Assembly (NCBI GenBank): GCA_951406725.2 | Contig: OX597818.1 | Span: forward strand, 146,754,001 to 146,818,000 | Reading direction: 5' to 3' | Length of the DNA stretch: 64,000 nucleotides | Source of the DNA: Octopus vulgaris | Taxonomy: Eukaryota | In this document: positions 1 to 12,255 of the stretch, one piece after another | How the letters are laid out: every line of letters starts with the position of its first letter | Position numbering within the stretch: position 1 is the first letter of the stretch | The notes under the pieces: generated by a model | Told to the model about the DNA's origin: nothing | The model's database searches: none | Seen by the model: the letters and a program-made list of their open reading frames with translations, nothing else | Program-made: the position numbers and the translations under genes

Positions 1-151
1 AGTATCACAGAAATAATGATAAAAACATTGATAAAACAAGATTGGGTTCATCCGTGGGAAGAAAAGCCTACAGAAAAGACCACGGGAACCTCAGTCAGGG
101 AGGAAATAACCACATGAGATCAAAATGCTCTCTTTCTTTCTTTTTTACGAT

Positions 152-3100
152 CTACTGGATCATGCTCAAAATGGTTTCGTCACTAGCACGCACCATCTTT
201 GCAACATTCACCCATCTTTTTTTTAATCTTTCGCGAGACAAAACTTCCCTCTCCATTCTCACCTTCCTTTTCGAGTGGTACTTAAAAAAAGTTGATGAGC
301 GATTGGCCAGAGAGGTAAGTGTTTGTCTCTAATCCTTTCGCTCGGGTCCACCACACACATTCTTTCACCATGGCCACCAGTACGATGAAAACTGCCTTGC
401 CTTCCCGGTTGAGGGAAGGGGGCGGAGCAATTGTCAAGATAGACTCGGCCGATAGGCGGATTCGTCCCACACGTGACAGCAGCCGTTCGGCATAAGCCCA
501 CAGGTCTGAAATGGTTGGACATTGCACGAGTGCGTTCAGAACGGTTTCGTCGCTCTGACCGCATCTCGGGCAAGTCGGTCCAGTGTGTCTGGAACCGTGT
601 CTGTAGAGCTTATCCCGAACAGGTAATGCTTCTCGATAGCACTGCCAGGCCAGGAATCTTTGGTGGTTGTTCATAGGTCCCGGCCCGAAAGTTGTCCTGA
701 ACAGGCGGGTCAGGTGTTCCTCGTCGACGCCCAGACTCTGCCCGAGTTCGTCGAAGCACCTCCCCTCCACTAATCCTCTATAGAATGCCTTTGTTGTGAT
801 GGAGTCGCACAAGTTCGATCCCGGACGGCAGAGTTGCTTGAGAGCAACGCGACACTCGCGGTGCCATTCGCCTAGCCTCGGTCTCTGCTTGATCCATGAC
901 TGTAGTTCGTCCAAGGAGACGAGCTGCGGGAAAGCGCGCCGCACAAAAGGCGACCACACCTGTTCACCGTTGTCTATGAAGCGTCGGAGATGTCGCAGTC
1001 TCAGCATGCCCAGCCCTCCATTTAGCGGGTGTTGACAGCAAATGGATCGCCTAACCATCGGAACGTTTCCCTTCCACAAGAAGCGGAAGAGTATACGTTC
1101 CAGTTTGGTGATGGTAGGGTCGGGACAAGGCACGACGGTCAGACGATACTCGATGACGGATGCGATGTACGCGTTCGCCACCTCCGCCCGACCTTTTAGG
1201 GATAGCTTTCTCTCAGCCCATTTCTGGGTGAGAGTAGCCACCCTAGTCGTTATTTCGCCCCAGTTCTTCTCCATTTGGAGGTCCGGACCGAACCAGACCC
1301 CGAACAATTTAACCGGTCCGTCCGTCCAGCGTCCCACGATGGAGACGCTGTTGGACGGCATGGGCCTGCTTCTCCAGGTGCCGAGCCGCAAGCCCACTGA
1401 CTTTTCCCGGTTAATTTTTGCTCCCGTTACCGCTTCGTATTCTTTTAGTGTCTCGCCGACCAGCTCGATGTGTTCGTAGCTCGACACTATGACGGTGACG
1501 TCATCCGCGTATGCAGACACGCTCGTCCCGCATCCCAGCTCTCGTGGGATGCCCCTCAGCGTCGCCAGTTTCCGCAGTAGTGGCTCAAGAGTCAGTACAT
1601 ACAGCAGCGATGAGAGGGGGCATCCCTGACGAACCGAACGCATGATGTTAAAAGGTCTGGATAGATGACCATTTACGCGAACTACTGAGCGGATGCCGCC
1701 GTATAAGGCAGCGATCCAACCGCGGAAAACTGGACCGAAACCAGCCGCTTTAAGGACAGCCTCACCGTAGTGATGGTCTACCCTATCGAAGGCTTTTGAT
1801 TGATCCAAATTGATCAGCGCCCCACCCATGCCAGGATTCTTAACTACCCTGTCTATGATGTAGCGCATCAGATGGAGGTTGTCATGAATACTTCTACCCG
1901 GCACGGCGCATGTTTGCGCCTTGTCGATTAGTTTCTTGATGACAAGCGCCAACCTCTCGGCTAACACTTTGGCCAAAATTTTCAAATCTGCGTTGAGCTG
2001 AGTGATGGGCCTGAAATTATCTATGACGTCCCCCTTGTTTGGGTCTTTCTTAATCAGTGCCACTGCTCCTCGCTTTACAAAAGCAGGAATACTCCCGTTT
2101 TGCTGCCAGTTGCAGTTGACAGCTGCCAAGACGCCTCCAAACAAGTCTGGCATATGAAAATAAAGTTCGTAGGGCAGACCATCCAAGCCTGGTGACTTGT
2201 CTCTCGCGCAGCCTACCATCGCATCCTGTACGTCCGCAGCTGTGATAGGCCTTTCACAAGACTCCACCTCTCTTGCTGAGAGTCGTGGCAAGGCATGCAG
2301 GTAGGCACTAAAGTCCACTCTGCGTTCTGACCCACCACTTGTCCCAAACAGTTGGGTGAAGTGTTGTTGAAAAGCCCCACACATCCTTTTAGGCTCGAGC
2401 AATTCGCGCCCCTGTTCATCTATAAAAGACTTGATGGTGGCTCTGTTGCCTCGTTGCGTCTCCACCACTCGGGCCTCTTGGGCGGCTCCAACTCCTTCGT
2501 TCCTCAGAGCACGCATCCTAGCTCTGACAACGCATCCCTCGTGTTTGGCGTTGAGGTGTTGGTCGAGGGCCAATCTCGCCGCCAGTACGTTGGACGCGAT
2601 GCCAGTTCTAAGTGCCTCTTCTAAAACCTTAACTAATTCTCCCTCTATTCTATTTCGGTCTAATGCTAGTGCTTTACTGTATCTGACTGATTCTGCTTTA
2701 ATTGCTTTTTTAGGGCATACCACCATCTGTTGTTGATGATGGTACCCGTCAAAGCTCTCTTAACTAATGTGCTGATCCGGTCCCTGTAAACCTGTCGTGC
2801 TGTAAAAGACGCGTTCAGTTTCCAGTAACCAGGACCCTGCCTATGTGTCTTATCTAAGTCAAGTGTACAAGTCACAAACTTGTGATCTGTGTAACTGACT
2901 ATATGAAATTGTGGACAACCTACACTATTTTTATCTATTGTCCTACAGAATACTCTATCTAAGTATGATCTGGACGACCCGATGCGGTTACTCCATGTCC
3001 ACATTGACACATTCGGGTGGTCCAGTCGGTACCTGTCAGACAGTTGGAAACGTATGAGCAGGTCTTTGAGGCATTTGCATCCCCTTCTATTGCTATCTCT

Positions 3101-3562
3101 GCCCACGTAGTCTAGATGCGTGTCCAGGGTGGCATTCCAATCCCCCACTAAAAGTAAAGGACGAGACGTTCCCATGAAAGACTCTAGACGTCGAAAGAAA
3201 TCTGGTCGGCCTGTTAAGGACGGAGCATAAACTGCTATCAGTCGAAAAGCACACTCATTGCTGCCATCGACATCCAAAACGACCAGCCTACCCTCCGGGT
3301 CTAGGAAATTTGCTCTTACTTTGAGATCCAGACTCTTCCAGATAAGTACCGCGGTGCCACCTCTGCCCATTCTCGGTAGACACGGAGAAAAATAAATGTT
3401 GAAATGTGTACCGAAACTGTGCTGGAGTGCCCGCAAGCTGTGGAGTCTGGTCTCACTGATGGCTATGATATTCAGATTTAGTTACTTGATGTCATTTAAC
3501 AGGTAGCCTTGTTTCCAAGGCGACCCCAAGCCACGTACATTTATACTACCTATTCTGAGCAT
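152..3562 (-). pseudogene. Tx1 ORF2 (APE endonuclease, reverse transcriptase, C-terminal zinc finger), disrupted
   Basis: Starts MLRIGSINVRGL at 3562; in-frame TAA at 3482-3484; APE motifs VYAP, GDWN, SYLDR, TDH; frameshift near 2705-2712; RT motifs KSPGLDG, FRPITQLNAD, LDQSKAFDRV, RQGCPLS, YADD; CPRC..ETVLNALVQC; second frameshift near 285; TAG at 152-154. Confidence 0.92.
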
Positions 3563-3604
3563 GTTCCGATAAAAGTGCAAAAAAGGAAAAGGAGAGAGAA
3601 AAGG

Positions 3605-5694
3605 TTACTTGTTTTTCGAAAGTCCTTTGTTTTTCACCTCACAGTCTTCTTCCATGAGGCTTTTGTATAGTTTCTTTGATGAGTACTTTTGAAATCTCCC
3701 TACTGCATCAGGGTAAAGAGATTTCAGGGTGCTGTATGTGTTCTGTGTTACGTGTATTATTTTAATGTGTTGTGGTGGTGTTGTGCGTGGGTGGTTACTT
3801 GTTTTTATGTCGTTTTCAGTTATGTTGGTGTTTGACCTAATGTGTTCCATTAGGTCGTGGTTGTTTGTGTTTATGGCTGTCAACATTGTTGGGGGGGGGG
3901 TTGATGATGGTGTGTTTGTGTTGATGTGTTTGTTTTCTGTGGATGTTTTTGTTTCGGGAGTGGTGTATTTTCCTGCTTTGTTTGTTATCTTTTCTTTTCT
4001 TTTTTTCCCCCTTTTCTTCTCCCCCCTGTGGCTATTTGCCAATCTTCTGTGTCTTCTTCGTCTAATGACAAATCAGAAGAATCAGAGCTTGGAAGAGGGA
4101 AAATATTGGGGTCTATTGTAGACTGTGTTGATTTTGTTTTTGGTGTTGATTGGTGAGCGTTAGGTTGTGGTGTATGCGGTTTTGGAGGTGGGGTGTGGGT
4201 ATTTTGTGTTTGAGTGATTGTAGGTATTGTTGTGTTGTTTGGGGTGTCAATTTTGTGGGGATTTGGAGTAGTAATTGTTTCTTCATTTTCGATGAGTGTT
4301 TTTTTGGCAGATGTCCTTGGTTTGGGAGTTGGTTTATTCTTGGTTGTTGTTGGGTGGTGGTGTTGCTTCTGTTCTTGGTGCAGTTGGTGTGGTTGTTTGG
4401 TTGGTGAGGTTTGTTTTTTGTTGGTTTTCTGTGATTAGTCCTGTTCGTGCAAAACGTGGTGTGGGTAGTAAAGCTGGTTTATTTTTTTTTTCCGGCTGCT
4501 GTTGTTGTTGCTGTTGTTTTCTTGCGGCAGATTTGCAGTCTTTTTTTAGGTGTTGCTCACTGCCGCATATGTAGCAACGTGGTCTTCTGCCATCGACGAC
4601 CACATACAACTTGTGGTCTTCTGATACACATATCTGGGTGGGTATTTTCTTTATGTCCTCTTGGTTTATATGTAGTAGAAATTCTACTTTTTTTCCCACC
4701 CAGTTTTTGTGCTCCGTGACCGTGGTTTCTAAAATTGTGAAATCTTTCATTTTCACACATAAGGCCTTTACTAGCCAGAGATTGTTAGCTATTTTTGGGA
4801 CATTGTTTAAAGTGATCTTAGTCACTTTCTGTCCACGATAGCTTGGTGTTAGTTGAAGTTCATCTGAATGAAGAGTTAGCGTTGAGAAACGTCTTGCTAA
4901 CTCTTCAGTGTGGAAGACCACTTGTATGTGTGCGAACTTGTTCCACCAGGTCACATAGTCTTTGTAGTTCCAGATGGGTTTCAAGCATTTTTCTATTTTG
5001 CTTGTGTTAGCCTTCTCTGGACTTTTTGTTTTCTTATTAATTATTTTATAAATAATTGTTCTTTTTTTTCATCTTCTAATATTTCTTCTGGTATGTTTAT
5101 TTTTACTATACCATCTACTTCCGTTATTGTAATGTTCGTGTCTTTTATTTGTTGTGCAGTAAAATATACTGTTGTCTTTTTTTCTTTAATCGCCTCGGCG
5201 AAATTTGTTGTTGTTTTGTTATTGTTGTTGCTGGTGGTGATGTTGTTGTTGGCTGCAGTTGGTAAATTTGGTGTATCTGGTTTGATTGTGCAAGTAGGAA
5301 GGGGTGGAAAATTACTTGTATAATTTATCTCTGTATTCGAGCAGCTTTTGTCAATTTGTTTGGTGGTCGCAGTCTTTTGTTTATTCACTTCAGTTCTTGT
5401 TGTTGGAGTAAAACAGGTCTGAACGGAATTGTTGTTGTTATTGTTGTTTTTGTTGTTGGTGGTGGTGTCAGTGGCAGAAGAGACAGCCGTGGCAGCAGAT
5501 GTCGAAATGGTGGCGCAATTTTTATTTTTGTTGTCATTGTTATTGTTGTTGTTGTTGGTAGTTGAGGTAGTGGATGAGGTGGCGGCGGTGATGGTGGTGA
5601 AGGCGGTGGTGGTAACAGTAGTAGTCTCTATGTTGTTCTTGCTAGTGGTGGTGTTGGTGACAGGGCTGTTACTACAAGTGGTTGCAGCGTTCAT
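3605..5694 (-). pseudogene. Tx1 ORF1 (gag-like nucleic-acid-binding protein), disrupted
   Basis: ORF pieces 5041-5799, 4334-4984 and 3605-4042; Thr/Asn-rich N-terminus, zinc knuckle CYICGSEQHLKKDC, polyQ then KPALLPTP; frameshift near 5040-5070 and stop at 4334; start position approximate. Confidence 0.8.
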
Positions 5695-6010
5695 TGCAAA
5701 GTCATTGATGATTTTACTTTGCGCGCATAAATTCTTTTTTTCTCCTAGCGCTTCCAGACTAGGAGGAAGCTGGTCGATAAAGGAACGCGACCAATACAAT
5801 TTCTCGACATTTTGAAAATGTCGAGAAAGAAATTACAAAACTTAAATAGGGTTGAAACTGCCCCTAGGGGCGAATTCCTCCCTTGGAAAAGCACTCAAAC
5901 GAAAGTTGGGTGCCTTACACACTCTATTTACAAAAATGTACACAAAATATGGGCTATAAATAGTCAAAATAAACGATTACCTTCGGAGCCGAAGTGACAG
6001 CACGTCCATA

Positions 6011-6115
<105 letters not shown>

Positions 6116-6394
6116 AAAGCGGTATGTGTGTATACATATAAATGTGACACACACATACATGTGTGTGTATTTTATTTCAGGATTTTTTGCCAATAGAGAA
6201 AAAACCGGTTTCTAACCTACATCCAAAGCTTCTTCATTGGAATTTCACCATCAACAACTGGGTATTTTTGTATGCATGTAAGTATATGTGCAGATTTGTA
6301 CGTTTAGTTTTATGTCTGTCTTTCTGTATGTATGCATGCATATACAAGGGAAGTTGCATGTATATTTGCGTGTATATATGTGTATATTACATAT

Positions 6395-6697
6395 GGGAGG
6401 CACATGGCCTAGTGGTTAGAACAGCGGACTCGCGGTCGAGGGATCGCGGGTTCGACTCTCAGACCGGGTGAAGTGTATGTTTATGAGCGAAACACCTAAG
6501 CTCCACGCGGCTCCGGCAGAAGGTAATGGCGAACTTCTGCTGACTCTTTCGCCACAAATTTCTCTCACTCTTTCCTCTTGCATCTTGCAGCTCACCTGCG
6601 ACGGACCAGCGTCCCGTCCAGGTGGGGAACCTATACGCCAAGGAAACCGGGAAACCGGCCCTTATGAGCCAGGATTTGCTCGAGAAGGAACAAACAA
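6395..6697 (+). mobile_element. tRNA-derived SINE (tRNA-Arg-like head)
   Basis: A box TGGCCTAGTGG and B box GGTTCGACTC; head homologous to the 32920-33300 copy. Confidence 0.8.
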
Positions 6698-6937
6698 TAT
6701 TACATATGAAGATAGATAGATATGTGTGTGTGTGCATGTATATATGCATGTATATATGCATTAAGTATATCTATATGTATATGTGTATTTATACACACAC
6801 ACCCGTATTTTCTTATTTGCTGTTTAGGAAGGGACAGTTCCCATGTCAGGGACGCGCTCACCAGGAAGACTCAAACAGCATCTAAGAGGCTGACATTCTG
6901 CTACATTGCATAAAATACCCATTTGTCTCTCTCCCCC

Positions 6938-6974
<37 letters not shown>

Positions 6975-7225
6975 CACACACATACATATCTTTATCTCTT
7001 TCTCACTCTCTCTCTGTCTCTCTCTCTCTCTCTCCCAGTCTTTTCTTCACACTCTCTCCTGTCTATCTCCCTATCTCTTTCTCAGTTTAATCACATATAC
7101 ACACTCACAAACAGGTGTGTGTGTGTGTGTGCGTGTGTGTGTTTGTGCGTACGTGCGTGTGTGGGGGTGGGTGTTTACAAGGAAAAGAGGCTGACAGTTA
7201 CTTCGAAGGTTCGGCTACACAGCTT

Positions 7226-7645
7226 GGATCTTTTCGGTTTGAACGGCAGTTTTTAACATAATTTCTAGGTAACTAAAAAATTTTAAACTTCGTATACTGG
7301 TAGAATGTGTTTATAAAACATCTTTTTCTCTTGGCTTTATTGAGAAAATTCTATAGTTTATAAGATATTTGTTGTTTTTTCTTCAATTTCTGCAATTTCA
7401 ACCAATCAGTGACGTCCATTGAGGTAAAAAAAAACATTCTGTGCCGTATGAATATGCCCTTCGTTTAAGAAACAGATAGGGTTTATTTACATTTGTGAAA
7501 AAAAAAAACGATACCCTTCCCCCCACCACTAACCCTAACCCTAAAACAGATTGAAATGCAATAGATCGATACTAGGGTCATAATTATGGGTGACAATTTC
7601 ATATGACACCGCTAGAAAAAACTGCCGTTCAAACCGAAAAGATCC
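7226..7645. mobile_element. MITE, 420 bp, with 29-bp perfect TIRs and an 8-bp TSD
   Basis: TIR ggatcttttcggtttgaacggcagttttt at 7226-7254 and its reverse complement ending at 7645; cacagctt at 7218-7225 and 7646-7653. Confidence 0.93.
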
Positions 7646-7676
7646 CACAGCTTTCATCATGCAGACAGATGAATGC

Positions 7677-7937
7677 TATAAAGTCGAAATTTCGAAGTGA
7701 CTATTAATCTTTTACTTGTAAAAATTAAAATACGTTACTCCATTGAAATGAGCAATTTAATCTTCCACTAATTTGATTTATATTATACGCAGCCACAGAC
7801 ATATGAATCTTTGCTTTTGTGTAGAATTATAAATCAAAACAGCAGAACATTGCATTGCACAACACATTTCAATAAACTAACGTATTTTACTTGTAAAAGT
7901 AAACTGTTAATTGTTTCTTCGACGTTTCGACTATATC
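7677..7937. mobile_element. Degenerate MITE-like inverted repeat with ~60-bp imperfect arms
   Basis: tataaagtcgaaatttcgaag...aaaatacgtta matches the reverse complement of taacgtatttt...cttcgacgtttcgactata. Confidence 0.55.
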
Positions 7938-8073
7938 GCTGTTCGGCCAAAAAAAAAAATAATAAATAAAAAACGATAGAATAAGTACCAGAGTTTTAAA
8001 AAAAATGTATTAGGGTCGATATATTCCCTTGAAAATTCTTCAGCAATCTAATGACTGAAACAAGTGAATGACA

Positions 8074-8120
<47 letters not shown>

Positions 8121-8537
8121 TGTTTCTTTATTAGCCACACAGGGCTGGACACAGACGGGACAAATTATAAAGTAGAGCTTTTCTTTTTGGAGAGAGAAAA
8201 AAAGTGGGGTAGGTTTTCGATCAAAAGGGATCGTAGGAAGGAAAAAAGAAAAAAAACGATCAATAGGAACTGTGTATCACAGAAATGTCATGATGCAAAG
8301 TGTAAAGGGGGAAGCAGATAAGGTTTATCCATGGAAAGAAAAGCCTACGGAAAAGACCACGGTAACCTCGGTCATTAATGTCCCATGTTAACACATTTAT
8401 TTGCAAGTAAGTAACTCTCTGTTTTAAATTTTTCCGGGTTCATAGGATTATGCTCAAGGTGGCTTCGTTATTCATACGTGCCATCCTTGCTACATTCACC
8501 CATCTTTTTTGAAACATTCTCTAGACAAAACTTGCCT
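8121..8537 (-). mobile_element. Tx1 copy, heavily 5'-truncated (ORF2 C-terminus and 3'UTR)
   Basis: Encodes ...RQVLSRECFKK; ends AATAAAGAAACA then (TATC)n; (GATA)n at 8077-8120 and 8541-8643. Confidence 0.92.
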
Positions 8538-8540
8538 AGG

Positions 8541-8644
<104 letters not shown>

Positions 8645-8699
8645 CAGCCAGACGGACGGACGGACGGACGGATGAATGGATGGATGGATGGATCATACA

Positions 8700-9720
8700 T
8701 GCAACCGAAAACTTCCACAGAAACAGTGACGTTGACTCTACCCAAGAAGAAATGAAGATGGTAGAGGCCTGAGATATGGCCCCAAAACAGCTGGGCTCTC
8801 TTACTTCAGAGAAGACGTGGATGGAAAGCACTCAGCATGCAAGAAAAGACCATGCATGAGTATATTGCCCGGAAGCTTGAAGAAGACAGTAGAATTGACT
8901 CGAAGCGCAGCCTCTCTTGGACATCACTACATCACATTACACTTTGAAGGCTATGCGTTTGCAATCCAGACATAGGAGATTGCCACAAAGTACCTGGTGA
9001 ACAAGAGAGACGGTGATGCTCTTGTAATCCCAAGCTGCAACCGCATGTGTAGGCCATGTCATGTTTCTGTGGAAGACATTACGCATGTGATTAGCAGCTG
9101 TCCTAAAATGTCATCACGGTACTACCTCCCTATTCAGCACGATGTTGTTGCTAAAACAATTTACAATGCCATTCGCAAAAAAGACTGTCCTGAAATAAAC
9201 TTAGAAAATTCCTCTGATATGGAACACATTCATAAACACCAACTCAAGGAATACTGGTGGAATATCCTCATCAGAACTTCTGTCAAATGTAAGGATCACA
9301 GGCTGGATATTGTTGTTTGGGACAGAGAGGCAAAGATATGTACCATCATAGGGGTTAGCTGCCCTGTAGGTATAAATATCTCTTTGAAAAGTAAAAGAGG
9401 ATATCTATGGACAACTACTTCGAAACCTCCAGCTTCTATATCCAGACTATGAATCTATATTCATACCAATAATAATTGGAGCACTAGATAGTAAATGCTT
9501 AAAGGAGAATCTGGATAAACTGGGATTTTCAGAAAGAGAAATTGACTGGCTGATTCGTACATTACAAGTCCAATCTGTGAGTGGAACAGGAAAAATATTC
9601 AAGACGTTCCAAACGTGAATTTGTGTGTTAACTACATCCCAAAGATGGAGCGTTGTATCTTTGTTGGAAACCGGTTCCCTCCTCAGTGGAATAGTTATAA
9701 TAATTAAAAGATAGAAGAGA
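8700..9720 (+). mobile_element. R4-clade-like RLE non-LTR retrotransposon, 3' fragment, degenerate
   Basis: AIQT*EIATKYL, CCHC finger CRPCHVSVEDITHVISSC, QHDVVAK (RHD motif), RLDIVVWD (PD..D endonuclease core); followed by (CATA)n at 9721-9787. Confidence 0.82.
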
Positions 9721-9958
9721 CATACATACATACATACATACATACATACATACATACATACATACATACATACATACATACATACATAAGTCATACATAT
9801 ATGAACTCATTTTTAAGAGGGATTTTTTTTTCTAATCTACGATTGACTAATAAATATTTTTTAAGTTTTAATAAAAGAATATGCTGTCCAAATATATTAG
9901 TGAACAGAAAAAGTAAAACAAAAAAGCTGAGAGCCCAGTCACAAGCGAACCTAGAGTT

Positions 9959-9989
<31 letters not shown>

Positions 9990-10379
9990 ACATCTCAGTT
10001 TAATTAAAGATATTTCATAATTCCTCTTATGGTATTCCGATCCACGTTTGTCTTTTATACTCATACAACCAGCTTGAAAAAAGGGTTTTTAAACGCTGCT
10101 CATGCATAATTTTCGTATACAACATTTGATGTTATTAGGCCTAATACAGATGAAATTGAAATTTATTTATTTATTTATTTTATTATTCAAGTCTTTTTTT
10201 CCGACACAAAAAGTAGCAAAGCTGAACTATTTCATTTGATTCACTGTTAAAAAAAACTTAAATCTAGTATTTGTGTTGTCTATTGTCTCAAGAATTCAGT
10301 TGTTATGAGTTACGTATATAGCATGATGCGTAGGCTGTGATTGAAAAATGTCTGTCCATATATATATATATATATATAG

Positions 10380-10968
10380 TATTATAAAGGTAATTTCTAC
10401 CAAATTGTACAGTATTCTAATGGTATTGGCTGATATTCATGTGAATTTGGAAAGCTTTAACTTAATCTAATTTCGTTTTACAGAATGATGTGACTAAACT
10501 AATTACTAATATTAACCCCTCAAAGATGGACATATCAAAAGAGCATTAAAGGCACATAATGCTTTATGAGTTCAAAAATGGAAATAGTGCGGCAGAAGCA
10601 ACCCGAAATATTTATTCTGTTTATGGAGGAGACTGCTTGAACAAAAGAAGTTGCAGAAGATGGTTTGCAAAGTTCAAAAGTGGTGATTTCAACCTAAGTG
10701 AGAGACCGTCAATAGGACGGTCTGTTGAATTATTTCACGATGTGCTTTTTTTGTCAGAGCTAGAGAAGAATAATGCTGTATCAGTTGAAGAATTGGCAAG
10801 TAAGCTCATTTCAAGCCATTCAACTGTTCACCGCCATCTTCAACAGCTTGGAAATTTGCCCTTAGTCGGGAAACGTGTTCCCCATGATTTGACAGAAACC
10901 AACCGAAAATCACGAGTGAACATTTTCTCATTTCTTCACTCACGTGAATGTATCTCATCATTTTTGGG
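10380..10968 (+). mobile_element. mariner transposon 5' fragment (HTH region)
   Basis: MLYEFKNGNSAAEATRNIYSVYG...RRWFAKFKSGDF, GKRVPHDL (WVPHEL motif); same family as the 41752-42808 copy. Confidence 0.88.
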
Positions 10969-10979
10969 CGGTACAAGGA

Positions 10980-11990
10980 CGGGATGCCGAATGCACTTTT
11001 GTCGAAGGACAAGAAGCCGAAGCCAAGAAGCCGAACAGACACGATACCGAACTGACAAGAGGCCGAAAGGACATACGAAAAATAAAATATATGATAATCA
11101 TTTTATTCCTATATGATCATTTGACAGGCTAAAATGTAGAAAAAATAGATACATAAAACCTCTTTTTAAATAAGTTTCTTTACTGGATTTACAATGTAAG
11201 CATGCAAAAATAATGTGATCAGATGTTTATCTTAAAATTATTACAATTGACATATTAAAATGTACAAGACAAAAACAAATAAGAGTATTTAAAAATTGTG
11301 AACCAAAGATCGTAGAAACGCCAATCCTTCTTCTTTATTATAAGAACCACAAATGGTTTTTATCCTTTCATTAATGGTATCATATTTTTTTTTAGGTCAT
11401 GATATATCAATCCCAGCTCAGTTACAATTCCATTGGATGCCTGCTCATTTCTAATAACTTTTAGAAGTTTGGTGATTGTGAGATGAGTTACGTAAAGTGT
11501 TTTTTTTTAAGTGTGATGCCAGCCTTCGAGAGAATTGTGGACAGACCACAAATCAACATCAAACATTAGTTTCCTTCCACACCTTCTTTGGACTATTCCT
11601 AACCAAGTACTTTCAAAGTAAATAAGATAATCACTTAATAACTCATCAGTTTCGGCATCTAAGAAATTCACCAATTCGTAAAATATCTGATGCATATCTG
11701 CGGATGGGACAAAAGCAAGTGCTTGTAACTGCTTGGTGTTAAGGGCGCTACTGGTTTCAACAAACCAGGGTTGCACAAAACTGGATGTTGCGCCATAAAT
11801 ATTGCCCAAAATGAAAAAAGCATCCCAATGTTGATGTATTAGAAAAGTTCTTAATGCTATTTATTGTTGCTCGTTTGAAGACGATTGTTACTGAATCCGG
11901 ATTCTGAACACCTTTGCTTTTCAAAAACGCAAAATTTTCGTTATACGTTTTCTGTCTTTGTTACTATTTTAATTTAGTGCGTGTAACTGT
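10980..11990 (-). mobile_element. MULE/Mutator transposase remnant with a sub-repeated end
   Basis: LGCFFHFGQ (about 11800-11830), LQALAFVP, YFESTW, W..HNSLEGWHH; iterated (g/c)cgaa sub-terminal units at 10980-11080; outer boundary approximate. Confidence 0.75.
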
Positions 11991-12060
11991 AATATATCCT
12001 TTATAGTGAAATCTAACCGTTAAGTTATATATTTACTAGTTTCAATAACTGGGCAGCAAA

Positions 12061-12255
12061 AGGCAGTTAGCTGGCGGAATGGTTAGCACACCGAGCAAAA
12101 TGTTTAGCGGCATTTCATCCATTTTTAAGTTCAAATTCGGCTAAGATCGACTTTGCTTCTCGTCCTTCGGGGGTTGATAAAATAAGTACCAGTCGAGCAA
12201 TGGGGTCCTAAGCCTTCCCCGAAATTGCTGGCTTTGTGTCATAACATGAAAGCAA
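12061..12255 (+). mobile_element. tRNA-derived SINE, family B, diverged
   Basis: Homologous to 13329-13560 (ggcggaatggttagcac...cttcggggttgataaaataagtaccag). Confidence 0.75.

Larger units (their letters stand above)
1..6010 (-). mobile_element. Tx1-clade (L1 group) non-LTR retrotransposon, near full length; 3' terminus lies just before the window start
   Basis: 5'UTR, ORF1 with CCHC knuckle, ORF2 with APE, RT and zf-RVT domains, and a 3'UTR motif shared with four other copies; 5' end abuts (GATA)n at 6011. Confidence 0.95.

Noticed and set aside
282-2726. 814-aa ORF as an intact active RT gene
   Set aside because: It is a frameshift-bounded piece of ORF2; the element also has a stop at codon 27 and a broken ORF1 (homopolymer sequencing errors are possible for the frameshifts)
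473-2736. Plus-strand ORFs overlapping Tx1 ORF2 (also 23663-24469 and 28295-30027)
   Set aside because: Antisense shadows of a GC-rich coding strand with no recognisable domains
6395-6470. tRNA genes at SINE heads (also 32925, 39810, 49570 and 60960)
   Set aside because: A and B boxes are present but no complete cloverleaf, and each continues into multi-copy SINE bodies
7527-7544. Interstitial telomere or chromosome fusion site
   Set aside because: Only about three units, inside a MITE
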